IMG/VR virus record: IMGVR_UViG_3300036975_000021 | Location: 1 to 31,739 of that record | DNA: 31,739 nucleotides | Direction: 5' to 3' (one strand) | Source: a virus | Taxonomy: Duplodnaviria; Caudoviricetes | In this document: positions 1-9,176 of the stretch, one piece after another | Numbering within the stretch: the first letter of the stretch is position 1 | Layout: each line of letters opens with the position of its first letter | Position numbers and translations under genes: made by a program | The notes under the pieces: model-generated | The model's database searches: none | What the model was told of the DNA's origin: nothing | What the model saw: the letters and a program-made list of their open reading frames with translations, nothing else

Positions 1-48
1 GGCTTTTTCATCTGTGCACTTTTATTCGCGCACGGCGTGAAAGTCCAG

Positions 49-62
49 GTAAGTAAGTAAGT
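49..62. repeat. short GTAA tandem repeat upstream of the packaging genes
   Basis: GTAAGTAAGTAAGT seen directly in an AT-richer leader before the first ORF. Confidence 0.6.
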
Positions 63-77
63 GACGGGAGGCGGCAC

Positions 78-332
78 ATGAGCAAGACAGATCGACATGA
101 CCAGGCTGACGCGTTGGTGGCCGACCAGGCCGGCTATGTGACCATCCCACAGGTAGCACGTGCGGCGGGTTGCGACCAGCAGCGAGTGGAAGCCGTTATG
201 GCGGAGAAGGCGATTCGCGGCAAGCCCTACAAGTTGTCGCTCGCCGACGCGAAGACGGTTGCCGTTGAGATTGCGAAGGGCGCTGACAGCACGCGGCCAG
301 AGCCTGAGCTCAACACGAGAGACAACGCGTAA
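78..332 (+). CDS. small hypothetical protein, possible HTH DNA-binding protein
   Basis: GGGAGG SD before ATG; VTIPQVARAAGCDQQRVEAVM resembles a helix-turn-helix; stops 10 nt before terS. Confidence 0.6.
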   Translation: MSKTDRHDQADALVADQAGYVTIPQVARAAGCDQQRVEAVMAEKAIRGKPYKLSLADAKTVAVEIAKGADSTRPEPELNTRDNA

Positions 333-342
333 CACCTATGGC

Positions 343-906
343 ATGGCAAAGACTGCCGCCAAGAAGAATGCGAAGGCGACACGGAAGTCGGCGAAGATAC
401 CAGGGGGTAAGCCACTTAAGATCACGCCGGCGATCCGTCGCCAGGTCCTCGCGTCCGTTACAAAGAGGGAGTTCTGCGAGCTTTCCGGCCGTCAGGTCAA
501 GACGCTCAACGAGCAGGCGGACCGATACGGCCTACCACTTCGCGGGAAAACCGTCGACCTATTCGCCGCGATCAAGTCTTACCATGATCTCATCGCGACT
601 AACTCTCACCGGCTCAAAGGTGCCGATGAACAGGACCCAATGTTGGCCGAGGGCGATAGCCCTGCGCTCGAGCGCTACCGAAACGCGAAGGCGGACCTTG
701 CTGAGCTCGAGCGGGAAGAGCGCGTGCGGAACCTGCTTCCGAGGCAGCTCGTTCATTCAACACTCGGCGAGCTGGCGGAGTTGTTGCGATCGACGGGTGA
801 CGTGCTCCGGAAGCAGTTTGGCAAAGAGGCGTACTCGTTGTTGGAGCGGATGTACGACGTGTTCGAGCGGCGGGCAGGGGAGTTTGCTGGTGATGGCGAG
901 AAGTGA
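343..906 (+). CDS. terS: terminase small subunit (lambda Nu1-like)
   Basis: Directly upstream of TerL; HTH-like VTKREFCELSGRQVKTLNE followed by coiled-coil ALERYRNAKADLAELEREERVRNLLP; start taken at ATG 343 rather than 160. Confidence 0.8.
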   Translation: MAKTAAKKNAKATRKSAKIPGGKPLKITPAIRRQVLASVTKREFCELSGRQVKTLNEQADRYGLPLRGKTVDLFAAIKSYHDLIATNSHRLKGADEQDPMLAEGDSPALERYRNAKADLAELEREERVRNLLPRQLVHSTLGELAELLRSTGDVLRKQFGKEAYSLLERMYDVFERRAGEFAGDGEK

Positions 907-965
907 ATTTATCATCGCTCCGCTTCGCGAGGCACCGCCCAGCAAGGACTCGTTGAGGTAGACGC

Positions 966-2939
966 GTGGTCTCGATCGCCCCGCCCATGCTGGACGCCTT
1001 CCGCGACGAACTGACTTGGTTCGTCGCGCGGTGCCGCGTACCGAAGCTGCGGACGATGCGGCAATTCGCGGAGGAGGAGATCGTCATCCCGGACGGGCCG
1101 TACCGCGGGCTCCTCTTTCGGGCCGATCGTCAGCCGTACGCAGCACACGCCTTGGACGCGATGGACAGCGGGAAGTGGACGCGGTTCGCCGCGGTTGGGC
1201 CGACCCAGTCCGGCAAGACGCTGCTCTGGTTCATCATTCCACTGCTCTATCACCTGTTCGAGCTGGATGAGACCGTCGTCGTCGCGATCCCCGATATGAA
1301 AATGGCGTACGACAAGTGGGTCCAGGACATCAGGCCCATCATCGAACGGACCCGGTACGCCGAGAAAATCCCACGGGTCGGGCGCGGGAGCCGCGGCGGC
1401 GAGTTCGACAGTATCAAGTTCACGAACGGGGCGACGCTCAAGTTCATGAGCGGCGGGGGCGACGACAAGAACAGGGCGGCGTTCACGACCCGCGTCGTTG
1501 TCATCACCGAGGCGGACGGCATGGACACCACGGGGGAGTCTAGCCGGGAGGCCGACAAGATCACGCAAATCGAGGCCCGCACCCGGGCGTACGACGACCG
1601 GAAGCGCGTCTACATGGAGTGTACGGCATCGATCGAGAAGGGTCGAATCTGGCGTGAGTACACCAACGGGACGGAGTCGAAGATCGTCACGCCGTGTCCG
1701 CACTGCGGGGAGTACGTCTGTCTCGATCGGGAACACCTACACGGTTGGAAGGAGGCTACGGACGAGTTCGAGGCGGCCAAGGACGCGGCGTTTCACTGCC
1801 CCGAGTGTGGCGCGGCCTGGTCGGAAGATGACCGGCTGCAGGCAAACCGGGAGTCGCGCCTGCTACTGAAGGGCCAAACGATCGACCGGAAGGGTCAGGT
1901 CAGCGGCGACGAGCCGAAGACGAGCACGTTCGGGTTTCGGTGGTCGGCGGTCAACAACCTGTTCACGTCGATGGCCAGTCTTGGACACCAGGAATGGAAA
2001 GCCGCCCGAGCCGACGACGAGGAGAACGCCGAGAAGGAAATGCGACAGTTCGTGTGGGCACTGCCTTGGGACCCGCCCGTTGTCGACCTGACGCGGCTGG
2101 ATTGGCGCATCCTCGTAAAGCGGACCCGCTCGACGGCACGCGGGGTGATGCCACAGGAACACGAGTACCTGACCGTCCATGCCGACCTTCACGAAGTGCA
2201 ACCGATCTACTGGACGGCCTGGAGCTTCTCGGAAACCTTCGACGCGCACGCCGTAGACTATGGGGTGATCGACGTCCACTTCGCGGATCTCGGGCTGCAT
2301 CGTGCCGTTGCGGTAGCCCTGCTTGAGTTTCAGCGAATGTGCGAAGCAGGATGGATGCGACAAGGTCGCGGGATCAAGACTCCAGATCAGGCGTGGGTAG
2401 ACAGCGGGGCACTCACTGAGGTGGCGTACGAATTCTGCCGGAAGGCCGGGCAGCCGTTCTTTCCCGCCAAAGGCTATGGCGCCGGACAAGAGCGGACCGG
2501 GTTCTACAACGCGCCAAGGAATACCGGCTCAGTCATCAGGGAGATCGGAGAGCAATATCACGTATCGCACCTGCGGAAGCAGCGCGTTCGACTCTGCGAA
2601 GTCAACGCGGACCATTGGAAGGGCCGCGTCCATGCGGCCCTGTCTATTGAGACCGGCCAGCCCGGTGCGGCGACCCTGTTTGACGCAACGCAACGAGATC
2701 ACTTGAGCTTCTGCAAGCACTTGACTGCAGAGAGGAAACAGGAGGAATTCAAGCCGGAGAGGGGGGTTATCACGCGGTTCATACGTACGGCCAAGGCGAA
2801 CCACTGGCTCGACAACACGTACAATTGCTTCGCCGCTGCCCACCGGGCCGGGGCTAGGTTGCTAGGTGACGAGCGGCCCAAGAGGCGGCCGCGAACGTCA
2901 GGGGAGTGGTTTAAGGGACGCGGTAACCGGAGAGCGTGA
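966..2939 (+). CDS. terL: terminase large subunit, GpA family
   Basis: Walker A GPTQSGKT, Walker B VVVITEADG, CPHC/CPEC zinc motifs, WVDSG and C-terminal NHWLD nuclease motifs; GAGGT SD before GTG. Confidence 0.95.
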   Translation: MVSIAPPMLDAFRDELTWFVARCRVPKLRTMRQFAEEEIVIPDGPYRGLLFRADRQPYAAHALDAMDSGKWTRFAAVGPTQSGKTLLWFIIPLLYHLFELDETVVVAIPDMKMAYDKWVQDIRPIIERTRYAEKIPRVGRGSRGGEFDSIKFTNGATLKFMSGGGDDKNRAAFTTRVVVITEADGMDTTGESSREADKITQIEARTRAYDDRKRVYMECTASIEKGRIWREYTNGTESKIVTPCPHCGEYVCLDREHLHGWKEATDEFEAAKDAAFHCPECGAAWSEDDRLQANRESRLLLKGQTIDRKGQVSGDEPKTSTFGFRWSAVNNLFTSMASLGHQEWKAARADDEENAEKEMRQFVWALPWDPPVVDLTRLDWRILVKRTRSTARGVMPQEHEYLTVHADLHEVQPIYWTAWSFSETFDAHAVDYGVIDVHFADLGLHRAVAVALLEFQRMCEAGWMRQGRGIKTPDQAWVDSGALTEVAYEFCRKAGQPFFPAKGYGAGQERTGFYNAPRNTGSVIREIGEQYHVSHLRKQRVRLCEVNADHWKGRVHAALSIETGQPGAATLFDATQRDHLSFCKHLTAERKQEEFKPERGVITRFIRTAKANHWLDNTYNCFAAAHRAGARLLGDERPKRRPRTSGEWFKGRGNRRA

Positions 2940-3262
2940 TGAGGTTACACGAGATCAAGGGAGCGCCCTGCCCGAAGTGTGGGTGTCAAGATACCGAGCG
3001 AGTCCAGCGATGGGGTCGTTGGGGTGCCACTTCCCAGCGGTATCAGTGCCGATACTGCCGCACGGCGTTTTGGGCGGACACAGAACAGGCAGAGGAGCAA
3101 AATGAACCAAGCGGTATCGATCCCGACGCCCCCGTCGCCTACCAGATAACCCACTGTCCGCATTGCGGGAGCGGCTGTACTAAAGTGACAAGTACGCGCA
3201 AACCGATCCGACATCACAAGTGCATGGAGTGTGGAAAGACGTTCAAATCACACGAACGCTGA
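2939..3262 (+). CDS. tandem zinc-ribbon protein (Ogr/Delta- or NrdR-N-like), putative regulator
   Basis: Two C4 units, CPKC...CRYC and CPHC...CMECGKTFKSHE; start overlaps the terL stop (TGATG). Confidence 0.75.
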   Translation: MRLHEIKGAPCPKCGCQDTERVQRWGRWGATSQRYQCRYCRTAFWADTEQAEEQNEPSGIDPDAPVAYQITHCPHCGSGCTKVTSTRKPIRHHKCMECGKTFKSHER

Positions 3263-3283
3263 TCTAAGAAAATCTCATCCATG

Positions 3284-3298
3284 TTACAGATCCTGTAA
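3284..3298. promoter_or_regulatory. interrupted palindrome TTACAG-N3-CTGTAA, putative operator or activator site
   Basis: Perfect 6-bp inverted repeat in the only sizeable gap before the head genes. Confidence 0.5.
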
Positions 3299-3342
3299 TC
3301 AAAGCGCTTCCAATCACATGACGCAGAGTCGACGCTGTGTGT

Positions 3343-3606
3343 ATGGCGATCGACGTATCAACATTCCACAGCTATCTCGATGATGGCATTACAGCGCTTG
3401 CGGGTGGCGATTACGCAACGGCGATGGCGAAGTTCCTCGCGGCGAAGGCTGTTCTGGCGGGGCTGCCTGACGGGACTGTCGACGGCGACGAGACCAAGTT
3501 CAGCCGCGCCGATCTCGATCAGTTAATCCAACAGGCCAGGCAGGGATCTGCGGCCGACACGGGCATTCAGCGGGCTAAGGTGAAGTACATTGCCACGAGC
3601 GAGTAG
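3343..3606 (+). CDS. head-tail adaptor, gpW-like
   Basis: Small helical protein between TerL and portal; TVDGDETKFSRADLDQLIQ resembles the gpW beta-hairpin and helix. Confidence 0.7.
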   Translation: MAIDVSTFHSYLDDGITALAGGDYATAMAKFLAAKAVLAGLPDGTVDGDETKFSRADLDQLIQQARQGSAADTGIQRAKVKYIATSE

Positions 3607-5197
3607 CAAGGCATCGCGTTCTACTAGGGCGAAGGCCGCCAAGCCATCCGTGAAGAGTGGCCGCGGCAAGGCCTGTGCTTCGCCGCTGGCCAAGAAGTCG
3701 AAACGGGCCAGCTCTCGGAAACCATCGACAAAGCGCAAGAAGAAGCTCACCGTTTGGTTCGATCGCTCCGGGTCTCGCCTGTCTGGCGGTATCAGTAGGA
3801 CAGCGCGCTCGGCCACAAATGCGGGACCAACAGAGGCGGTGCGCCGGTGGTCTGGCGCCGCAACAAATCGGCTAAACTCGAAGCACTGGAGCAACGTCAC
3901 ATCGAACGCCATCAACACCGACCTACAGGACCATCTATCCGACCTTCGCGATCGCTCGGAATACGAGGCCTCGATGAACGGTTTCGTTTCCGGCGTGATC
4001 CGGAGTCACGCGATTGACGTCGTCGGGAAGACCGGTCCAAAGCTCCAGGTCTTGAGCGACAACGAGGCCTACAACGAGAGGGTGGAGGCCATCTGGAGCC
4101 AATGGTGGTCGATGCCTGACATCAACGGTCAGTGGTCAGGGGTAGAGTTCCTAAAGCTATGGGATCGCTTGATGTGGACTTGCGGAGAGTATCTGATCCA
4201 GAAGGTCACCGACACCGCAGCAGATGGCTGGCAGAAATTCCGCATTCACAACATTGCCCCACGACGGCTCGTGAGTCCCATCGGGTACAGTGATGATGTA
4301 ATCCTCGGCATCAAGCGGGACAAGCGTGGCAAGCCCCTCGAATACTACGTCCTGAAGTACGACAAGGATCGAGTCGCGGGGAGTTCGCTCGATACCGATC
4401 CGCTGAAGCCCGAGGATGTATTGCACCGATTCGAACCGATCGAACCAGGGCAGGTCCGCGGGGTGCCGTGGCTGGCTCCAGTCCTACAGACGATGGCCGA
4501 TCTTCACGACTGCGACGAGCAGGTCCTCGACGCGATTCGGGCGGCTGCTGACCAGGCGGTTGTTTTCTTCACTGAGCATCCTGACGCAACCTATTTTGAG
4601 ATCGACGCGACGGTTGAAATAGAGCGGAGGACGATGTCCACGATTCCGCCAGGATGGAAGCCGCAACAGCTCAAGCCAGAACAACCTGGCACTAAGTACG
4701 TGGAGTACAGGTACGAGCGACTGCGCGAGCTCGGCCGCGTAGTCAACATGCCGCTGATGATCGTATTGCTTGACTCACAAAAGCACAGCTTCAGCAGTGC
4801 GCGATTCGATTCTCAGTTGTACGTCCGCGGGATCGAGAGCTTCCAGAATTGGGTGGAGACGCGAACGCTGAACGTCCTTCTAGGCGAGCTTGTCAGGGAG
4901 GCATCGGTCGCGAGGCAACTCCCACGCAAGCCTAAGAAAGTCACCTACAACTGGTCCTGGCCGAAGCTGCCTGCGGTGGATCGGTACAAGGAGGGTCTGG
5001 GCGATCGCGTAGGTCTCGAGGATGGCACGGTGGCCGTATCCGACGTAATCGACACTGACCTTGATACGCACATCTCGAAGATTGGCCGAGAGACGAAGGC
5101 TTACGAAAAGGCTGGGCTGTCGCACCCACACGGGCGGAAGACAGGACGGACTGTGCAGAAGTCCTCCAAGACGAAGGACGGAGACAAGAAATCATGA
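3590..5197 (+). CDS. portal protein, lambda family
   Basis: EPGQVRGVPWLAPVL, HSFSSARFD and W-x-W-P...VDRYKE motifs of lambda-type portals; start uncertain (TTG 3590 or GTG 3650). Confidence 0.92.
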   Translation: MPRASSKASRSTRAKAAKPSVKSGRGKACASPLAKKSKRASSRKPSTKRKKKLTVWFDRSGSRLSGGISRTARSATNAGPTEAVRRWSGAATNRLNSKHWSNVTSNAINTDLQDHLSDLRDRSEYEASMNGFVSGVIRSHAIDVVGKTGPKLQVLSDNEAYNERVEAIWSQWWSMPDINGQWSGVEFLKLWDRLMWTCGEYLIQKVTDTAADGWQKFRIHNIAPRRLVSPIGYSDDVILGIKRDKRGKPLEYYVLKYDKDRVAGSSLDTDPLKPEDVLHRFEPIEPGQVRGVPWLAPVLQTMADLHDCDEQVLDAIRAAADQAVVFFTEHPDATYFEIDATVEIERRTMSTIPPGWKPQQLKPEQPGTKYVEYRYERLRELGRVVNMPLMIVLLDSQKHSFSSARFDSQLYVRGIESFQNWVETRTLNVLLGELVREASVARQLPRKPKKVTYNWSWPKLPAVDRYKEGLGDRVGLEDGTVAVSDVIDTDLDTHISKIGRETKAYEKAGLSHPHGRKTGRTVQKSSKTKDGDKKS

Positions 5198-7398
5198 CTC
5201 TGAGTCCAATGCCGATAGAGCTACGGGAACAACCGTTTGACCGTGACATGACCACGCGGACGGCGGCCGTTCGGGCCGAGACGCTCGATGAGGAGGGGCG
5301 GAGCGTCGAGGCGGTCTTGACCACCGAGGCAACAACGGAGGTATTCGACTGGAGGTCGTGGACCATCATCGACGAGGTGCTGAGGATGGACGGCATGGAG
5401 GCTCCAAGTCAGGTGCCAATGTTGGCTGTTCACAGTCGGTCCTCGATCGACGACGTCCTTGGGTCTGTCCGATCGATGCGAGTCGAAGATGGGAAGATCG
5501 TCGGGCGCCTGCACTTCGCCGAAGGCGACGAGGCTTCAGATAAGGCTTGGAACAAGGTCCGGCAGGGCCACTTGACGGACGTTTCGATCGGCTACCGCGT
5601 ACTGGACGCAGTAGAGATCCCGGCCGGAAAGAGCGCCAACGTCGTGGGGAAGCGCTACGAGGCAAAGGAAAAGCAACTCAGGATAGCGACGCGCTGGAAG
5701 TTGAAAGAGGGATCGTTGGTCCCGATCGGCGCGGATGAATTCGCCAAGATTCGCGAACAGGCCGTGATGGCCGCAAGAACGGAGACAAGTCCAATGAACG
5801 AGAGACTGAGGAAGTTCCTGGAGTCGAAGGGGCTTCGCACGGACGCCACGGCCGAAGAGGCTTGGAGGTTCTACGCCGAGCTGACGGAAGACGCTCGGCA
5901 AGAGGCCGACAAGCTGAAGACGCAGGCCAAGGCGCCAGAAGCGGAGCCGAAGCAAGAGCGGGGCGATGCGGGCACGACTCCTCCGCAACCGCAGGAGCAC
6001 GAGCGACAGGTGGCCTCGGCAAGCCAGGAGCCGCCGGCACAGCAGGACACAGAGTCTGTCCTGCGCCAGGAGCGAGCAAGGGTCGCAGAGATCCGAGAGC
6101 TCGGGCTCGGGGCTGGCGTCAACGCAGATCTTGTCGCGCGTGCGGAGTCGGAGGGATGGACGATCGAGCGCGCTAGCGCAGAGTTTTTGCGTTCGATCCA
6201 GGAGCAACGGACCGAGGCCGTGGATGGCGACTCGCCGCGAGTGTCCGTCGGTACGACAGGCGACGATCGCCTGCGTTCCGACATGACGCGATCGCTCGCG
6301 TGGTGCTACGGAAATGTTGCGATCGCCAGCGAGGCCGAACGCAACGCAGCGGAGAGGTTCAGCGGGATCGGCTTTCACGATATGGCCCGCGTGGTCTTCA
6401 GAACCAACGGTTACGAATCGCCAGACGCGCTGTTCAACCGTGCGATCAGCCAGAGCATCTTCGCGCAGATCCTCGGCGATTCTGCGACGCGGATTCTCAT
6501 GAAGGAATACGACGAGGCCGAATCGACGATTCAGACCTGGGCCGGGGTGACAGAGGTCAAGGACTTCCGCGAGTACAAGACCATTCGGCTTGGTGAGTTT
6601 GGATCTATCGAAGAAATTGGAAAGGGCGGCGAGATCCATCACGGGACGCTGCAGGAGGCATACGAAGTCGAGCAGGCCAAGACGTATGGCCGTCGATTTG
6701 CGTTGACCAGGAAGGACTGGATCGGCGACGACCTCGGAGCCTTCATGCGGATCCCCGGGATGTTGGGCCGCGTCGCCAAGCGAAACATCAGCGACGTCGG
6801 GTATGCGCTGCTCGTGAGCAACTCTGGCGTTGGGCCTACGATGAATGAGGACAGCACCGCTCTCTTCAGTGCGAGCCACACGAGCAATGGCGAGACCAAG
6901 AGCAACTACAGCACGGGGGCCGTGAATTCGGCGCTGAGCAAGACCGGTCTGAGAAACGCCAAGAAGCTCATGCGGAAACAGATCGGCATGGCCGGCGAGA
7001 AACTGAACCTGAAGCCGAAGTGGCTGTTGGTCCCCTCTGATCTAGAGGAGCCTGCGCTCGAGTACACCACGTCTCCGTCTCTGGCTGTCGGCGGCGGTGC
7101 GTGGACGGACACTGCCACCATCCAGCCGGCGAAGAACATCCATGCCGGGACGCTTACGCCGATCGTTGAGACGAGATTGGACGACGCCACCAATGGAACC
7201 ACGGCCTGGTACATCGCCTGTGATCAGGCGGTCCAGGAGAGCGTGGTGATTGTCTACCTGCGAGGCAACCGTAACCCGGTCGTCGAGCGGAAAGATCCTG
7301 TAGACGTACTCGGTATCGGGTGGTGGATGTATCACGACGTCGGTGTGGCCGTCCGTGACTGGCGTGGGATCGTCAGGAGCAAGGGAGCCGCAGCCTAG
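5194..7398 (+). CDS. prohead protease-scaffold-major capsid fusion protein
   Basis: N-terminal HK97-type protease (LAVH, DVSIGY, EGSLVPIGAD), a charged scaffold-like linker, and a C-terminal capsid domain of the Mu gpT-like type (VKDFRE, TYGRRFALTR, LKPKWLLVP, HDVGVAVRDWRG). Confidence 0.92.
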   Translation: MTLSPMPIELREQPFDRDMTTRTAAVRAETLDEEGRSVEAVLTTEATTEVFDWRSWTIIDEVLRMDGMEAPSQVPMLAVHSRSSIDDVLGSVRSMRVEDGKIVGRLHFAEGDEASDKAWNKVRQGHLTDVSIGYRVLDAVEIPAGKSANVVGKRYEAKEKQLRIATRWKLKEGSLVPIGADEFAKIREQAVMAARTETSPMNERLRKFLESKGLRTDATAEEAWRFYAELTEDARQEADKLKTQAKAPEAEPKQERGDAGTTPPQPQEHERQVASASQEPPAQQDTESVLRQERARVAEIRELGLGAGVNADLVARAESEGWTIERASAEFLRSIQEQRTEAVDGDSPRVSVGTTGDDRLRSDMTRSLAWCYGNVAIASEAERNAAERFSGIGFHDMARVVFRTNGYESPDALFNRAISQSIFAQILGDSATRILMKEYDEAESTIQTWAGVTEVKDFREYKTIRLGEFGSIEEIGKGGEIHHGTLQEAYEVEQAKTYGRRFALTRKDWIGDDLGAFMRIPGMLGRVAKRNISDVGYALLVSNSGVGPTMNEDSTALFSASHTSNGETKSNYSTGAVNSALSKTGLRNAKKLMRKQIGMAGEKLNLKPKWLLVPSDLEEPALEYTTSPSLAVGGGAWTDTATIQPAKNIHAGTLTPIVETRLDDATNGTTAWYIACDQAVQESVVIVYLRGNRNPVVERKDPVDVLGIGWWMYHDVGVAVRDWRGIVRSKGAAA

Positions 7399-7452
7399 AT
7401 CAAGGCAAATCGAATCTGACTCTCTGGTGAGAGACGGAAAAGGAGAAGACCA

Positions 7453-8217
7453 ATGAGCAGTCCGGAAGCAGCCTTTGTTATCAATGCTGGCCAGGCGGAC
7501 TACACGCCCACGTCCGCAAAGACCGCCGGCGAGGTAGTCCAGTGGGATGATGGGCGAGCGGCCGTCGTCAAGGCCGGCTTGGCGGCAAGCGAAAAGGGAG
7601 CCGTATATCTCAGCGGCATTTTCGACGTGACCTGTGCGGCAGCTACCACGTTTGCCGTCGGAGATCCCGTCTACTGGGATGATAGCGCCGGCAAGGCGGT
7701 CGGTCCCGAGACGGCCAACGCCTCGGCGGATCTCTACATGGGTATCGCGATGGTGGCATGTGGCAGCAGCGACACGACGGTCCGCGTAGACCTGAATGTC
7801 GCGCCGGGCATGGGCCTCGGGCGATCCGCGTGGACGAGCCGTGTTGTCACGATCGAACACGATGACACGGACGAGCACACGGTTATCAACGCAGAGGACA
7901 ACCCAGAGGGCTTGCTGCTCATCGGGATTCTCGGCGAGGTCACCGAGCAGCCGGCAGGTTCGTCCGAGGATCAGCTCATCATCACGCTGTACGACGAAGA
8001 TGACAACGCGATCGACACGCTCACGACCACTGACACCACGCCGGACGCCGCTGGCGACATCATCGTCGGCGCCGTCAGCGTCTTCAGTTCTGCCTCTGGC
8101 TCAGTGGCAAAGACGATTCCTGCGGGCAAGGCGGCGTACTTCAAGGTCTCGCAGGCCACGGCGGGTACCCCTGCGGGTGCACTTCGGTGCCGAGCGATCG
8201 TCTGTCCGTTGCAGTAG
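7453..8217 (+). CDS. capsid decoration/cement protein, DUF2190-like with C-terminal extension
   Basis: Follows the capsid gene with an AAGGAG SD; DYTPTSAKTAGEVV...GIFDV...FAVGDPVYWD...TVRVDLN is the DUF2190 pattern; about 135 extra residues follow. Confidence 0.8.
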   Translation: MSSPEAAFVINAGQADYTPTSAKTAGEVVQWDDGRAAVVKAGLAASEKGAVYLSGIFDVTCAAATTFAVGDPVYWDDSAGKAVGPETANASADLYMGIAMVACGSSDTTVRVDLNVAPGMGLGRSAWTSRVVTIEHDDTDEHTVINAEDNPEGLLLIGILGEVTEQPAGSSEDQLIITLYDEDDNAIDTLTTTDTTPDAAGDIIVGAVSVFSSASGSVAKTIPAGKAAYFKVSQATAGTPAGALRCRAIVCPLQ

Positions 8218-8241
8218 GCCTGTCAACGCCTCATTGCGCTG

Positions 8242-8274
8242 GCCACGGGGCGCGTCGGTAGCGCGCCCCGTGGC
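8242..8274 (+). terminator. 13-bp GC-rich hairpin after the capsid and decoration genes (terminator or mRNA stabiliser)
   Basis: GCCACGGGGCGCG-N7-CGCGCCCCGTGGC; only a weak U-tract follows. Confidence 0.65.
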
Positions 8275-8286
8275 AACTGATTTGAC

Positions 8287-8661
8287 ATGAGCATCGTCAG
8301 TGACATCGTGACTCAGTCGTCGCTCCAGACGCAGATGGCCATGCGCGGCGTCGCCGTGACATACTCAGACGACGATCAGTCTGGCGTTGCGATGACGGCT
8401 CTCGTTAGTTCCGAGCAATCATCACCAGACGATGAGGGTAGATCGATCGTCACAAAGACCGTGAGGATCTTCACTGATTCGTCACAGGCTGCGTATGGTG
8501 GATTAGACAGCGTCTCTCACAACGGGGTGTTCACGATTGACTCCGTCGAATGGTCTGTCATCAACGGTGAGATCGAACGGAAGACGGGCTACTGGAAGGT
8601 GAAGGTCAAGCGGCGGCAGACCCATGAGGTTGCGGCACATGGCTACAGGAGGAGGCGATGA
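8287..8661 (+). CDS. putative head-closure protein (gpFII-like)
   Basis: Synteny, size and beta-rich pattern (GVAVTY, FTIDSVEWSV). Confidence 0.6.
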   Translation: MSIVSDIVTQSSLQTQMAMRGVAVTYSDDDQSGVAMTALVSSEQSSPDDEGRSIVTKTVRIFTDSSQAAYGGLDSVSHNGVFTIDSVEWSVINGEIERKTGYWKVKVKRRQTHEVAAHGYRRRR

Positions 8662-9173
8662 GCAGTCCGGACGGCGGACTATCTCTGTCGATTCTGCACG
8701 CCAGGAAGCTGCTGGCCGCGTGTCCGACGTTCCAGTTGCTCGTCAGTGAGGTCAGCGAGACTGACGCCCTTGACCACGTGTACAGGAATCGTCTTCCGGA
8801 CCCGGAGAGTGACGGAACCCACACACTGATAGAACTTCATGGGTATCGTCCATATGCCCTGGTCGCCCCCGCGCCGGAGGATTGCTACGAGCGACGCCAT
8901 GGGGCCAGGGGGACAGAATCTGGTCAGATCGTCATCTACATCGAGCGCGATGTGCCAGAGAGCATGACGGACGCAGAAGCAGACATTGATTGGTGCGACA
9001 CTGTCTCGAAGATCGTCGACGAAATGTGGAACCCGATCAGATCGAACGCGGCTGGCTACCTGAACGTTTATGAAGGTGCCATTCGCGTGGCTGTCGGGCC
9101 CTATCGCAACCATCAGGATGACGAGACAGATGAGGGGTCGATCCAAGCTGTGTATCTCGAACTCGCATGGTGA
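8658..9173 (+). CDS. putative tail terminator / head-tail connector protein
   Basis: GGAGGAGG SD, ATGA overlap, acidic protein in the connector cluster; function from position only. Confidence 0.5.
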   Translation: MSSPDGGLSLSILHARKLLAACPTFQLLVSEVSETDALDHVYRNRLPDPESDGTHTLIELHGYRPYALVAPAPEDCYERRHGARGTESGQIVIYIERDVPESMTDAEADIDWCDTVSKIVDEMWNPIRSNAAGYLNVYEGAIRVAVGPYRNHQDDETDEGSIQAVYLELAW

Positions 9174-9176
9174 CCA

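Noticed and set aside
160-342. N-terminal extension of terS in the ORF track
   Set aside because: It overlaps the better-supported 78..332 gene and reads like off-frame sequence; ATG 343 is preferred
5536-6879. Long minus-strand ORFs (also 912..1736, 7042..7878, 27058..27954, 29320..30249, 30265..31035)
   Set aside because: Antisense shadows of well-supported + strand genes in GC-rich DNA, with no motifs
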